Positions 27,793 to 37,408 of a stretch of DNA of 64,000 nucleotides are shown piece by piece. A model generated the notes under the pieces. It had not been told where the DNA came from and made no database searches. It saw only the letters and a program-made list of their open reading frames with translations. Numbering within the stretch: position 1 is the first letter of the stretch; each line of letters opens with the position of its first letter. Origin of the DNA: Firmicutes bacterium HGW-Firmicutes-14 (GTDB lineage: Bacteria > Bacillota > Thermincolia > Thermincolales > UBA2595). Position numbers and translations under genes: made by a program. The stretch is from the NCBI GenBank assembly GCA_002840275.1, contig PHAB01000011.1, forward strand, positions 25,886-89,885. Reading direction: 5' to 3'.

Positions 27793-29976
27793 ATGAAGGG
27801 CAGTTTGTTTCCAGAAACAGAGGCATCCGGGGCACGTCATCAGTATAAAGCCCAAACCCTCAGGTCCACCCTGGAGATTACAGGGATTGACTGACTGGAT
27901 TGTGCAGGGAAGCTTGCCGAAAAAATCAGGCGACTTCCCGGAGTGGCTGAGGTTCAGCTGAATTTTGGCGCCGGTTTGGTGAAGATTAACCACAGCGGAC
28001 CCCTGGAGGAGATTATCAGATTTATTTCTTCCAACGGTTATGAGGCAAAAACAACAGGTCCGGGTAAAAACGTAACCCAGTCCACCTCGAACAACCTGAG
28101 ACTGAAACAGGCCCTGACAGTTTTGTCAGGAGTCTTTGCCGGTGCGGGGATGGTGACGGAATGGGCCGGAAACGATGAACGGGCCGCGGTCTTATTATTT
28201 ATTGCAGCAATGGTTACCGGGGGCTTCTATGTGTACAAATCAGCGGTTAGTTCCCTGAAAAGTCTCGTCCTGGACATGAATGTCCTGATGACTGTTTCAT
28301 CAATTGGGGCTGTATTTATTGGAGAATGGTCGGAAGCGGCAACAGTTGTGTTTCTGTTCAGTGTGGGGAATATGCTTCAGGCATATACCATTGACCGGAC
28401 CCGGGATTCAATTAAAAAAATGATCCGGCTGGCGCCCCGTGAGGCCAGGAGACTGCTGCCCGGCGGAACAGAGGAAACGGTGCCGGTGGATGAGATTAAT
28501 ACTGGGGACCACATTCTGGTCAGGCCCGGGGAAAACATTGCTGTAGACGGTATTGTGATATCAGGCATTTCCTGGGCAGACCAGGCTTCCATTACCGGTG
28601 AGTCCAAACCGGTGGAGAAGCGGGAGGGAGACAGGGTTTTTGCAGGGTCAATTAACAATGAGGGCAGCCTCGAGGTTAAATGCAGCCATCCCGCTTCAGA
28701 CAGCACCCTGGCGAAGATGATTGAGATGGTTGAGGAAGCCCAGGCAAAAAAAGCCCCATCCCAGCAGTTTGTGGATGTTTTTGCCCGGTATTATACTCCT
28801 GCCGTTATTTTCGGCGCCGCAGCGGTAGTCCTTATCCCTGTGGCTGTCTTCGACAGGGCATTTGCGGACTGGTTTTACAAAGCCCTGGTGCTTCTGGTCA
28901 TCTCTTGTCCGTGTGCACTGGTTATATCCACTCCGGTATCGATAGTATCGGCGATAGGAAACGCTGCCAGGAACGGGGTCCTGGTGAAGGGCGGGGTCTA
29001 CCTGGAAGCTCTTGGTAAAGTAAAAAATATTGCCTTTGATAAGACAGGAACAGTCACATCCGGCAGGATGTCAGTTACTGATATTTTCCCTGCGGATGGA
29101 ATAACGGAAGAGGATCTGCTGGAGCTGGCCGGGGCAGTGGAAAGGTTTTCTGAGCACCCGGTAGCGAAGGCGGTTATGGCTGAAACCGATAATAGAAATC
29201 TTGCCTCTCCTTATGAAGGCACATTTCGTTCATATCCTGGCCGGGGCGCTTCCCTGGAGACGGGAGACGGTGTGATATATGCCGGGAACAAGCGATTTAT
29301 GAAGGAGACCGGCATTGATACAGGTCATACTGCCGGAAGGGAAGAAATACTGGAATCTGAAGGGAAATCGGCAGTATATATCGCCAGGGACTACCGGCTG
29401 CTGGGGGTACTGGCTGTTGCAGATACTCCGAGGTCCGGGGCGGGAGAAGCCCTTAATCAGCTGAGGAACCAGGGTATTGACAGGCTGGTTATGCTCAGCG
29501 GGGACAACGAAAAAATAGTAGGAAACATTGCAGGGAGACTGGGAATTAAACATTATAAGTCTAACTTGCTGCCGGGGGATAAAGTCAGAGAAGTTGAGCA
29601 AATGGCTGAGGACGGAGTGACTGTAATGGTGGGTGACGGGGTAAACGATGCCCCGGCATTGGCCGTTGCAACCGTCGGAATAGCAATGGGAGCGGCAGGA
29701 ACCGATACTGCCCTGGAAACGGCCGATATTGCCCTGATGAATGATGAACTTAAGAATATCCCGGCAGTGGTAATGCTGGGAAAACGAACCAGGGCTGTCA
29801 TCAGGCAGAATATTGCCTTAGCTGTTCTTTTAAAGCTTCTGTTTCTTGTCCTGACCTTTGCCGGGATATCAAACCTCTGGATGGCTGTTTTTGCTGACAC
29901 CGGCGCTTCTGTGATGGTAACCCTGAACGGGATGCGGCTGGCCCGCTTCAGGTTTCCGGACCGGCCTGTAATTTAG
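27793..29976 (+). CDS. cadA: Cd/Zn/Pb-type P1B heavy-metal ATPase; N-terminal HMA domain contains an in-frame TGA at 27892-27894 (candidate Sec, or a disrupted gene)
   Basis: RBS AAGGGGGA precedes ATG 27793. The product reads ...TLEITGID-TGA-LDCAGKLAEKIRRLPGVAEVQLNFGAG... in the same frame as the track ORF at 27943. Motifs present: CPC, DKTGT, GDGVNDAPAL. Confidence 0.85.
27907..27939 (+). promoter_or_regulatory. Stem-loop 12 nt downstream of the in-frame TGA (SECIS-like candidate)
   Basis: GGGAAG-C-TTGCC pairs with GGCGA-CTTCCC: 11 pairs including one G-U, with one bulged C. The loop is the 10-nt GAAAAAATCA. Confidence 0.35.
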
Positions 29977-30083
29977 CCGGCGGACAAGACCGTGTAACCA
30001 TCAGTCGGGCAGATTCATAAGCTGTTATTAACGAATTAGGGCAGGTTAAACAGAGAAAGCCCTAAACTGATGGAGGTCGAGAG

Positions 30084-30779
30084 ATGAAGTATACTGTAAT
30101 GTCAGGAGATTCCATGTACAGTATTGCCAGGAGGTTAGGTGTTCCTTTTGCCGAACTGGTCAAAGCCAATCCCCAGATAGCTGACCCCGATGTAATATAT
30201 CCCGGGCAGTATCTTGAGATTCCGGTTGAGAAAACCGCAGACTTTGATGACCAGCAGATTAAATCTCCATGCTGTCAGGATGTGCCCTCCGGCTTTGTTC
30301 CCGGATACTTACCGACAGGTACCCCGGCACCGGAAACAACCGGTGAATGGTCCGGGATGCCGGGAATGCAAGGGATGCCGGGAATGCAAGGGATGCCGGG
30401 AATGCCGGGAGTGCCGGAAATGCAAGGAATTCCAGGAATGCCAGGAATGCCAGGAATGCAAGGGTTGCCGTGGACACCCGGGATGCTGGGAATACAGGGG
30501 ATGCCCGGCCCGGGAACGGGTCAGCTTCCGTTTCAGGGATATGTTCCTCCGATGCCGCCCGGGTGGAATGCGGCCGGGGCACAGGAAAGGTTTAGTCCCG
30601 CAAATGGTCCATCCTGGGTCAATGTCTTACAGTCGGCAAAACCCGGAGAAGAAGGCCGGCATATTGAATACCTGCAGAAAACCTTAAAAGGGCTTGGATA
30701 TTACGATGGGAAGGTTACCGGCAGGTATGGCAGGAAGACCCTGAAAGCGGTGAAAAGGTTTCAGAAAGCATGCAAGTAA
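30084..30779 (+). CDS. LysM domain / Gly-Met-Pro repeat / peptidoglycan-binding (PG_binding_1) protein
   Basis: N-terminal LysM (YTVMSGDSMYSIARRLGV...YPGQYLEIP), central GMPGMQ repeats, and C-terminal ...LQKTLKGLGYYDGKVTGRYGRKTLKAVKRFQ. Confidence 0.8.
   Translation: MKYTVMSGDSMYSIARRLGVPFAELVKANPQIADPDVIYPGQYLEIPVEKTADFDDQQIKSPCCQDVPSGFVPGYLPTGTPAPETTGEWSGMPGMQGMPGMQGMPGMPGVPEMQGIPGMPGMPGMQGLPWTPGMLGIQGMPGPGTGQLPFQGYVPPMPPGWNAAGAQERFSPANGPSWVNVLQSAKPGEEGRHIEYLQKTLKGLGYYDGKVTGRYGRKTLKAVKRFQKACK
30354..30510 (+). repeat. Tandem 9-bp-periodic coding repeat (GGAATGCCN / GGGATGCAA)
   Basis: Encodes GMPGMQGMPGMQGMPGMPGVPEMQGIPGMPGMPGMQG... Confidence 0.85.
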
Positions 30780-30791
30780 AAATTTGATTAA

Positions 30792-30832
30792 ATAGCCCCC
30801 AATGGTATTACAACTGTTGGGGGCTATTTTTT
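30792..30832 (+). terminator. Rho-independent terminator
   Basis: ATAGCCCCCAA (30792-30802) pairs with TTGGGGGCTAT (30817-30827), followed by a T-run. Confidence 0.8.
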
Positions 30833-31029
30833 GGGGGCAGGCAGTCACGATAGACTGAAAAAAATTTTAAGTGATGCAGGGAATACAGCCTGTCATGTAT
30901 AAATATATATTGGATTAGGCTGTTTAGTTTTTTTGGCAAAACTCGCTTTGTCAAGCAGGAATCAGGGAGTTTTTGCCGAATATACTAAAAATTACGAATA
31001 CTTTATAAAAGGGGAGGGAATTGGTCTTT

Positions 31030-31872
31030 ATGTACAAGATTCTCAAAAAAGAAGTTTTGTCACCGACGCTAAAGTTATTTGAGATTGAAGCTCCAAAGAT
31101 AGCAAAAAAGTGTCAGGCGGGGCAATTTGTCATTCTGCGGATTGACGAAAAAGGCGAAAGAGTTCCACTGACCATTGCGGACTTTGACAGAGAAAAGGGT
31201 ACTATTACCCTTATTTTTGCGGAGGTAGGCAAGAGCACACAACAATTGGGCCGGATGGAAGCGGGGGATAGTCTGCTGGATTTCATTGGTCCCCTTGGCC
31301 GGCCGTCAGAAATAGAGAAATACGGCCGTGTAGTTTGTATTGGCGCCGGTGTTGGTATCGCGCCTGTATTTCCTATAACCCGGGCCCTCAAAGAGGCTGG
31401 CAATGAAGTTATCGGCATAGCCGCTGCCAGGACCAAAGAACTGCTGTTCTGGCTGGACGAATTCAAAGCTCAGTGCCACGAGTTCCATGTTTGTACTGAT
31501 GACGGTACTGCCGGGGAAAAAGGTTTGGTTACTGACGTGCTTAAGAAAATTATTGAAGAAAAAGGCAAAATTGATTATGTTATAGTTATCGGTCCCATTC
31601 CGGCGATGAAATTCACATCGAAAATGACCAAGCCTCTGGGCATTAAGACTATGGCCAGCATGAACTGCATCATGGTAGACGGTACCGGGATGTGTGGTGC
31701 CTGCCGTGTAACTGTAGGTGACGAAACTAAATTTGCCTGTGTTGACGGGCCTGAATTTGACGGGCACCTGATTGATTTTGACGAGGCTGCCCGCCGGGGT
31801 GAACAGTTCAAGGATGAAGAACAGCGCGCCCTAGCCGCAGCAAGTTGTGGAGGTGGTTGTGGATGTCACTAA
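31030..31872 (+). CDS. nfnA: Sulfide/dihydroorotate dehydrogenase-like FAD/NAD-binding protein (NfnA-type subunit)
   Basis: MYKILKKEVLSP....FEIEAP.IAKK...GQFVILR.DEKGERVPLTIAD... with a C-terminal Cys cluster (MCGACRV). Confidence 0.8.
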   Translation: MYKILKKEVLSPTLKLFEIEAPKIAKKCQAGQFVILRIDEKGERVPLTIADFDREKGTITLIFAEVGKSTQQLGRMEAGDSLLDFIGPLGRPSEIEKYGRVVCIGAGVGIAPVFPITRALKEAGNEVIGIAAARTKELLFWLDEFKAQCHEFHVCTDDGTAGEKGLVTDVLKKIIEEKGKIDYVIVIGPIPAMKFTSKMTKPLGIKTMASMNCIMVDGTGMCGACRVTVGDETKFACVDGPEFDGHLIDFDEAARRGEQFKDEEQRALAAASCGGGCGCH

Positions 31873-33260
31873 ACAAGAGTCCTAACAAAAACGAAATGCC
31901 TTGCCAGGATCCTCAGGCCAGGGCCAGAAATTTTGATGAAGTTGCCCTCGGCTATACTGAAGAAACTGCTGTAGATGAAGCTAATCGCTGTATGGGCTGC
32001 AAGAAGGAACCCTGCCGCCAGGGCTGTCCTGTACAGGTTCCTATTCCCGAGTTTATTGCCAAGATTCAGGAGCGCGACTTTGCCGGTGCTATCCAAATCA
32101 TTAAGACTAAGAATGCCCTCCCGGCTGTCTGCGGACGTGTTTGTCCCCAGGAAGCCCAGTGTGAAAAATACTGTGTTCGCGGTAAAAAAGGCGATCCGGT
32201 TGGTATCGGCCGGTTAGAAAGATTTGTTGCTGACCTGGAAAGGTCTCAGGGTGTCAAACCTGTGGATTGTGCTCCTCCTACCGGTAAAAAGGTGGCTGTC
32301 GTTGGTTCCGGACCAGCCGGACTGACTGTTGCTGCTGACTGTGCTCAAGCCGGACACAAGGTTACAATGTTCGAAGCCCTGCATGTGCCGGGCGGCGTAC
32401 TGATGTATGGAATTCCTGAATTCCGTCTGCCCAAGGCTATTGTACAGGCCGAAATAGATAACCTGAGGAAAATCGGGGTAGACATCCAGGTTAACTCAGT
32501 TATCGGAGCTATTGACACTGTTGATGAACTCCTGGAAAACGAAGGCTATGACGCTGTGTTCCTTGGCACCGGCGCCGGTCTGCCGTATTTCCTGGGCATC
32601 CCCGGGGAGAACATGAATGGTGTATATTCTGCCAATGAGTTCCTGACCAGGACCAACCTGATGAAGGCTTACCTGTTCCCCGAATATGACACTCCTATCA
32701 AGGTAGGAAAAGTTGTGGTTACCCTTGGCGGCGGCAATGTGGCCATGGACTGTGCCCGTACCGCTTTGCGCCTGGGAGCAGAGAAATCATATATTGTATA
32801 TCGCCGTTCCATGGATGAACTGCCTGCCAGGATTGAAGAAGTTCACCATGCTCAGGAAGAAGGTGTTATCTTCAATATCCTTACCAACCCGACCAAACTC
32901 ATGGGTAATGACAAAAACTGGGTGACTTCGATGGAATGCCTCAGGTATGAACTCGGTGAGCCGGATGCATCAGGCCGCCGTTCGCCGGTGCCCATTAAAG
33001 GTTCCGAATTTGTTATGGATGTAGATACCGTGGTTGTAGCCATCGGTCAGGGACCCAACCCGCTGGTTCCCAGGACGACAAAGGGCCTGGAAACCAACAA
33101 AAAGGGCAACATTGTAGCCAGTGAAGAGACCGGCGCCACCTCCAAGCCTAAATGCTTTGCCGGCGGTGACGTTGTTACTGGTGCTGCGACTGTTATCAAG
33201 GCCATGGGTGCAGGGCGTGTAGCTGCTACAAGCATCTGTGAAATGCTCAAGAACAGTTAG
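31863..33260 (+). CDS. nfnB: GltD-like NADPH-dependent oxidoreductase (NfnB-type subunit)
   Basis: Two Fe-S Cys clusters (C.GC....C...CP; CGRVCPQE.QCE..C) and the dinucleotide fold VAVVGSGPAGL. The start overlaps the nfnA end. Confidence 0.85.
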   Translation: MSLNKSPNKNEMPCQDPQARARNFDEVALGYTEETAVDEANRCMGCKKEPCRQGCPVQVPIPEFIAKIQERDFAGAIQIIKTKNALPAVCGRVCPQEAQCEKYCVRGKKGDPVGIGRLERFVADLERSQGVKPVDCAPPTGKKVAVVGSGPAGLTVAADCAQAGHKVTMFEALHVPGGVLMYGIPEFRLPKAIVQAEIDNLRKIGVDIQVNSVIGAIDTVDELLENEGYDAVFLGTGAGLPYFLGIPGENMNGVYSANEFLTRTNLMKAYLFPEYDTPIKVGKVVVTLGGGNVAMDCARTALRLGAEKSYIVYRRSMDELPARIEEVHHAQEEGVIFNILTNPTKLMGNDKNWVTSMECLRYELGEPDASGRRSPVPIKGSEFVMDVDTVVVAIGQGPNPLVPRTTKGLETNKKGNIVASEETGATSKPKCFAGGDVVTGAATVIKAMGAGRVAATSICEMLKNS

Positions 33261-33427
33261 TGAGGTTGAATTTAATGGGACAGCCACCGAAATAAACGTC
33301 GGTGGCTAGTCCTCCCAACGGGAAGTGAATGTTTTCACATGTGGCTGAAATTTTGGAAATCCGGCCTATTAATTAATTCTTAAGATTAATACCTCATGAA
33401 CTTAAAAATAATAAGGAGGAGTTTTTT

Positions 33428-34042
33428 ATGGCAATGTTAGACAAAACCTGTAAAGAATTTGTTGAAGTCCTGGCATCCAGTGCGCCTGTACCGGGCGGCG
33501 GTGGAGCGGCTGCCTTCGGTGGTTCCATTGGTATGGCTCTATGCAACATGGTGGGCAGTCTGACCGTAGGGAAGAAGAAGTATGCTGATGTTGAACCCGA
33601 AGTAAAAGAACTGCTGGAAAAAGGTTACAAGGTTATTGCTGAGCTGCAGGATCTGGTTAGCAAGGATGCCGAAGTGTTTGAGCCTCTCTCCAAGGCTTAC
33701 GGTATTCCCAAAGATGATCCGACCCGGGCAGAAAAACTGGAAGCCTGTGCTAAGGAAGCTTGTTCCGTTCCCCTGGAAATTATGCGCAAGGCATATGAAG
33801 GAATCAAGATTACCAACAGAATGGCCCAGATTGGCTCACTTCTGGTTATCTCGGATGCCGGCTGCGGTGTCGTCTTCCTGAAGGCTGCCCTGGAAAGCGG
33901 TATGCTGAATGTTACAATTAACCTGGGTATTATCAAAGACCAGGCTTATACGGACAGCGCCCGTGAAGAAATGAACAGGCTGCTTGAAGACGGCAGGAAG
34001 ATTGCTGACGAAACCCTGGCGCTTGTTATAAGCAAGCTTTAA
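33428..34042 (+). CDS. fchA: Cyclodeaminase/cyclohydrolase family protein (methenyl-THF cyclohydrolase FchA-like)
   Basis: ...FVEVLASSAPVPGGGGAAAFGGSIGMAL..MV..LT.GKKKY... is typical of the FTCD_C family. Confidence 0.85.
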   Translation: MAMLDKTCKEFVEVLASSAPVPGGGGAAAFGGSIGMALCNMVGSLTVGKKKYADVEPEVKELLEKGYKVIAELQDLVSKDAEVFEPLSKAYGIPKDDPTRAEKLEACAKEACSVPLEIMRKAYEGIKITNRMAQIGSLLVISDAGCGVVFLKAALESGMLNVTINLGIIKDQAYTDSAREEMNRLLEDGRKIADETLALVISKL

Positions 34043-34064
34043 TAAATAAGGAGGGACTACATAA

Positions 34065-34922
34065 ATGGCTGAAGTTTTAAAAGGAAAACCTGTGGCTGAT
34101 GCTATGAAGGAAGAGCTGGCCAAAAAGGTTGGGGAACTAAAAGCAAAGGGCATTACTCCGACTCTGGGCATAGTCCGTGTTGGAGCCCGGCCTGATGACC
34201 TTTATTATGAAGGCGGCGCCAAAAAGACCTGTGAAGCTGTCGGCATGGCATATGAAGTTTTTGAATATCCTGCAGATATTGACCAGGAGTCTTTTGAAAA
34301 GGCTGTCACTGAAGTCGGCGCTATGAAAAATATCAATGGGATTCTGATGTTTGCTCCCCTGCCCAAGCATCTCAACGAAAAGAAAATCCGCTCACTTATT
34401 CCGGTAGAAAAGGATGTTGACTGCCTGACCCTTGGCAGTGCTGCTAAAGTGTTTGCAGATGAGCCGGACGGGTTCCCACCGTGCACACCTACCGCATGTA
34501 TGGATATCATTCACTTCAATAACATCCCTATCAAAGGCAAGAAGTGTGTTGTTCTTGGCCGTTCCCTGGTTGTTGGCAAACCGGTTGCCATGCTGCTCCT
34601 GAGAGAGCACGGTACTGTTACCATCTGCCACTCCCGGACAGAGAATTTGCCTGATGTATGTAAAGAAGCAGATATCCTGATTGCCGCTGTAGGACGTGCT
34701 AAGATGGTCAAGGCAAACTTCGTAAGGCCCGGACAAATCGTTATTGATGTAGGAATCAATGAAGATCCCGATAACCCTGGCAAATACTGCGGAGATGTTG
34801 ACTATGCTGAAGTTGAGCCGATCGTTGAAAAAATAACCCCGGTACCCGGCGGTGTTGGTTCAGTTACCACTGTTGTTCTGTGCAAGCAAACTATCATGGC
34901 TTGCGAAATGCAGAATGCATAA
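34065..34922 (+). CDS. folD: Bifunctional methylene-THF dehydrogenase / methenyl-THF cyclohydrolase
   Basis: ...LKGKPVA......L...V..LK.KGI.P.L..V.VG..P.. and ...VVLGRS.VVGKP.AMLLL....TVTICHSRT... Confidence 0.95.
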   Translation: MAEVLKGKPVADAMKEELAKKVGELKAKGITPTLGIVRVGARPDDLYYEGGAKKTCEAVGMAYEVFEYPADIDQESFEKAVTEVGAMKNINGILMFAPLPKHLNEKKIRSLIPVEKDVDCLTLGSAAKVFADEPDGFPPCTPTACMDIIHFNNIPIKGKKCVVLGRSLVVGKPVAMLLLREHGTVTICHSRTENLPDVCKEADILIAAVGRAKMVKANFVRPGQIVIDVGINEDPDNPGKYCGDVDYAEVEPIVEKITPVPGGVGSVTTVVLCKQTIMACEMQNA

Positions 34923-34958
34923 AGAGGCTGATTGTCAAAAATCAGTTTCCTATAAATA

Positions 34959-35072
34959 ACATGAAGGGTGTATTCCTTTGAGCGGCAACAACTCAGCCGG
35001 TTAACCACTTCCGCTTCGCGGGTCGTGGACCGGCGGATGTCAGACGTGCTCTGAGGAATACACCCTTCATGT
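34959..35072 (-). repeat. Hairpin-element family, copy 4 (divergent, reverse orientation)
   Basis: A 19-bp perfect closing stem, ACATGAAGGGTGTATTCCT (34959-34977) with AGGAATACACCCTTCATGT (35054-35072). The minus strand reads GAGCACGTCTGACATCCGCCG ... GGTTAACCGGCTGAGTTGTTGCCGCTC, matching the family core. Confidence 0.7.
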
Positions 35073-35153
35073 CTTATTTTACGTAACATTTTTTGTCAAC
35101 AAGCCCCATTACGGGACGAACCACAGCTTACTATGGTGTTTTGTTGTAATCCT

Positions 35154-35921
35154 TTATATTTTCTTATATTCCTCTTCGATGACTTCCTTCAGCAATTTTG
35201 TAACCTTATCGGCATCCTTCATATTTTCATATGAAATCTTGAAGGTGACTGATCTTTCATCGAGATGAGCATCATGCAAGAGACTGCCCAGGTAACCCTT
35301 TTCTTTTTTGTCAAGTAAAAGGGCCACTGCCAGTTCTTCCTTATGTGAGATGGGGTAAATCCTGATTTTGTCAAGTTCCCGGACAAAGAAGGTCGTTGGC
35401 TGATATTCAAATTCCTGGTATCGGCCGTTGTAGTCACCTGAATCGTCTGTCTCCCGGAATCCCAGGTTGGCAATAGCATCAAAAAGCATTTTCAGGTATT
35501 TACACGGGAGTATAACTATTTCATCATGGTCGACAGGGTCAATGGCTTTTGGTATATCTAGGGCAATTTGCAGGTAATATGATGTCCGTCCTCTGGAAAC
35601 AGGCAGGTTCTGGCTGAACGGAATCTTAAAAGAAATGGGGATGATTAATTCCTGCTCAGGCTGCACAGTAAGTCCTTCCACAACCGCAGCCGTTTCCACA
35701 ATTTTATTTACCGGTCTGTTCTGGCCCCCTTCACTGTATAACGACTTTAGCATCAAATTAACGGCTATTTTATCTACCTGCTGTTCGAGGTTTCCACCCT
35801 TGATTTTTATTTCACCATTTAAGGTTTCTCCTAATTCTGCGAGGGGTTTTGGAACTTCCAAATCTACCGTGGCAGATCCAATGCCAATTCTGGCAAACAG
35901 CTTTTCAAACAAAAAATACAC
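35154..35921 (-). CDS. spo0M: Sporulation-control protein Spo0M family
   Basis: ...FEKLFARIGIGSATVDLEV......GE.L.GEI.IKGG...Q.VD.I...L... is an arrestin-like SpoOM family signature. Confidence 0.8.
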   Translation of the reverse strand: MYFLFEKLFARIGIGSATVDLEVPKPLAELGETLNGEIKIKGGNLEQQVDKIAVNLMLKSLYSEGGQNRPVNKIVETAAVVEGLTVQPEQELIIPISFKIPFSQNLPVSRGRTSYYLQIALDIPKAIDPVDHDEIVILPCKYLKMLFDAIANLGFRETDDSGDYNGRYQEFEYQPTTFFVRELDKIRIYPISHKEELAVALLLDKKEKGYLGSLLHDAHLDERSVTFKISYENMKDADKVTKLLKEVIEEEYKKI

Positions 35922-36193
35922 CTCCCGTATTTAGTAGAATGCAAAAAACAGATAAAGACCCAGATGCTGAAAGACAGTTCATACTTTTAATTCAACACTT
36001 ATCTGAAAATTCCTGCCATCATATTTACTACGAAAGTAATAATTTTACTTTGCCTTATTACTATTCTATATTCCCTAGTATATCAGGCAGGAATGTTCCC
36101 TTTGCACAGTGAATAATATATTGGTTTAATATTTTTATAAATTTTTTGGGTGATCCTTTAGTTTTTAGCGGAAAGGACGATAGGAACGGTCTA

Positions 36194-37408
36194 ATGAAAA
36201 TTATCTCTGTCAGTGATTTAAACGGGTATATCAAACAAAAAATTGATTCCGACATGTTTCTTAGAAACATATGGGTCAGGGGAGAGATTTCAAATTTTAA
36301 ACACCATTCCTCAGGGCATATGTATTTTACCCTAAAGGACAAGTCAGGTGCAATCAGGTGTGTAATGTTCAGGAGCAAAAACGGCAGCCTGCCCTTTCCG
36401 CCGAGGGATGGAATGGCTGTAATTGCCAGGGGTTATGTCACCGTTTATGAAAGAGACGGTCAGTACCAGCTTTATGTTGAGGAAATGCATCAACAGGGTA
36501 TCGGCGCCCTTTATGTTGCTTTTTTACAGTTGAAAGAGAAGCTGGAGAAGGAAGGTTTGTTTGACAGGGACCGGAAGAAGCCACTGCCGGCTTTTCCCGG
36601 GAAGATTGGGGTTGTTACTTCTCCCACGGGTGCGGCGGTCAGGGATATTATAAACGTAATTACCCGCAGGTTCCCCCAGGTTCAGATTGTTCTTATCCCG
36701 GTGGCTGTGCAGGGGGATGAGGCTCCCCGCCAGATAGCGGAAGGCATAAAGACAGCAAATTCCCTTGGAGGACTGGATGTGCTTATCGTGGGCAGGGGAG
36801 GGGGTTCTATTGAGGAACTCTGGGCCTTTAATACTGAAATAGTTGCCAGGGGCATAGCCGGAAGTCTTATCCCGGTAGTTTCGGCAGTAGGCCACGAAAC
36901 CGATTTCACCATTGCTGATTTTGTTGCTGATATGAGGGCCCCGACACCGTCTGCGGCTGCAGAAATGGTTGTGCCGGACTGTAACGAACTGATGAAAACC
37001 CTGGTCAGCCTGCAGCAGAGAATGGCTGCCGGAATGAACAACAGCCTGACATCTCTCCACTTAAGGTTGGCCAGGGCTGTTGAAAGTCCGGTGATGACCC
37101 GGCCCATGGACGGGATATACAGAAAAATGCAGGACCTGGATTACCTGGTCAGAAGACTGCATCAGACTGCTGTAATATACTTAAACAACAGGCAAAACAG
37201 CTTATCCCTGCAAATATCCCGGCTGGATGACCTCAGTCCCCTGGCTACACTGAAACGTGGTTACAGTTTATGTCTCGATGATGGCGGAAAGGTGATCAGG
37301 AATGTATCCCGGGTAAGTCCGGGGGATAAAGTTGAAATAGTAATACATGACGGTGTGATCGATTGTACTGTGGAAAGAGTAAAGGAGGGCGAGTATGGCA
37401 AAAAATAA
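36194..37408 (+). CDS. xseA: Exodeoxyribonuclease VII large subunit
   Basis: MKIISVSDLNGYIKQKIDSD..L.NIWVRGEISNFK.HSSGHMYFTLKD... Confidence 0.93.
   Translation: MKIISVSDLNGYIKQKIDSDMFLRNIWVRGEISNFKHHSSGHMYFTLKDKSGAIRCVMFRSKNGSLPFPPRDGMAVIARGYVTVYERDGQYQLYVEEMHQQGIGALYVAFLQLKEKLEKEGLFDRDRKKPLPAFPGKIGVVTSPTGAAVRDIINVITRRFPQVQIVLIPVAVQGDEAPRQIAEGIKTANSLGGLDVLIVGRGGGSIEELWAFNTEIVARGIAGSLIPVVSAVGHETDFTIADFVADMRAPTPSAAAEMVVPDCNELMKTLVSLQQRMAAGMNNSLTSLHLRLARAVESPVMTRPMDGIYRKMQDLDYLVRRLHQTAVIYLNNRQNSLSLQISRLDDLSPLATLKRGYSLCLDDGGKVIRNVSRVSPGDKVEIVIHDGVIDCTVERVKEGEYGKK

Noticed and set aside
30354-30510. Possible CRISPR-like or minisatellite array
   Set aside because: The period is only 9 bp with no spacers, it lies entirely inside a coding frame (GMP/GMQ), and there are no cas genes.
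30214-30687. Alternative-frame and antisense ORFs across the LysM-protein repeat (30214-30687 +, 30347-30595 +, 30259-30582 -)
   Set aside because: These are artefacts of the 9-bp-periodic repeat, which stays open in several frames. Only frame 30084-30779 has recognisable LysM and PG-binding domains.
33261-33427. THF or ZTP riboswitch upstream of fchA-folD
   Set aside because: Only a simple hairpin is present (AGCCACCGA...TCGGTGGCT, 33282-33307). I could not find the conserved ZTP (pfl) or THF motif sequences.
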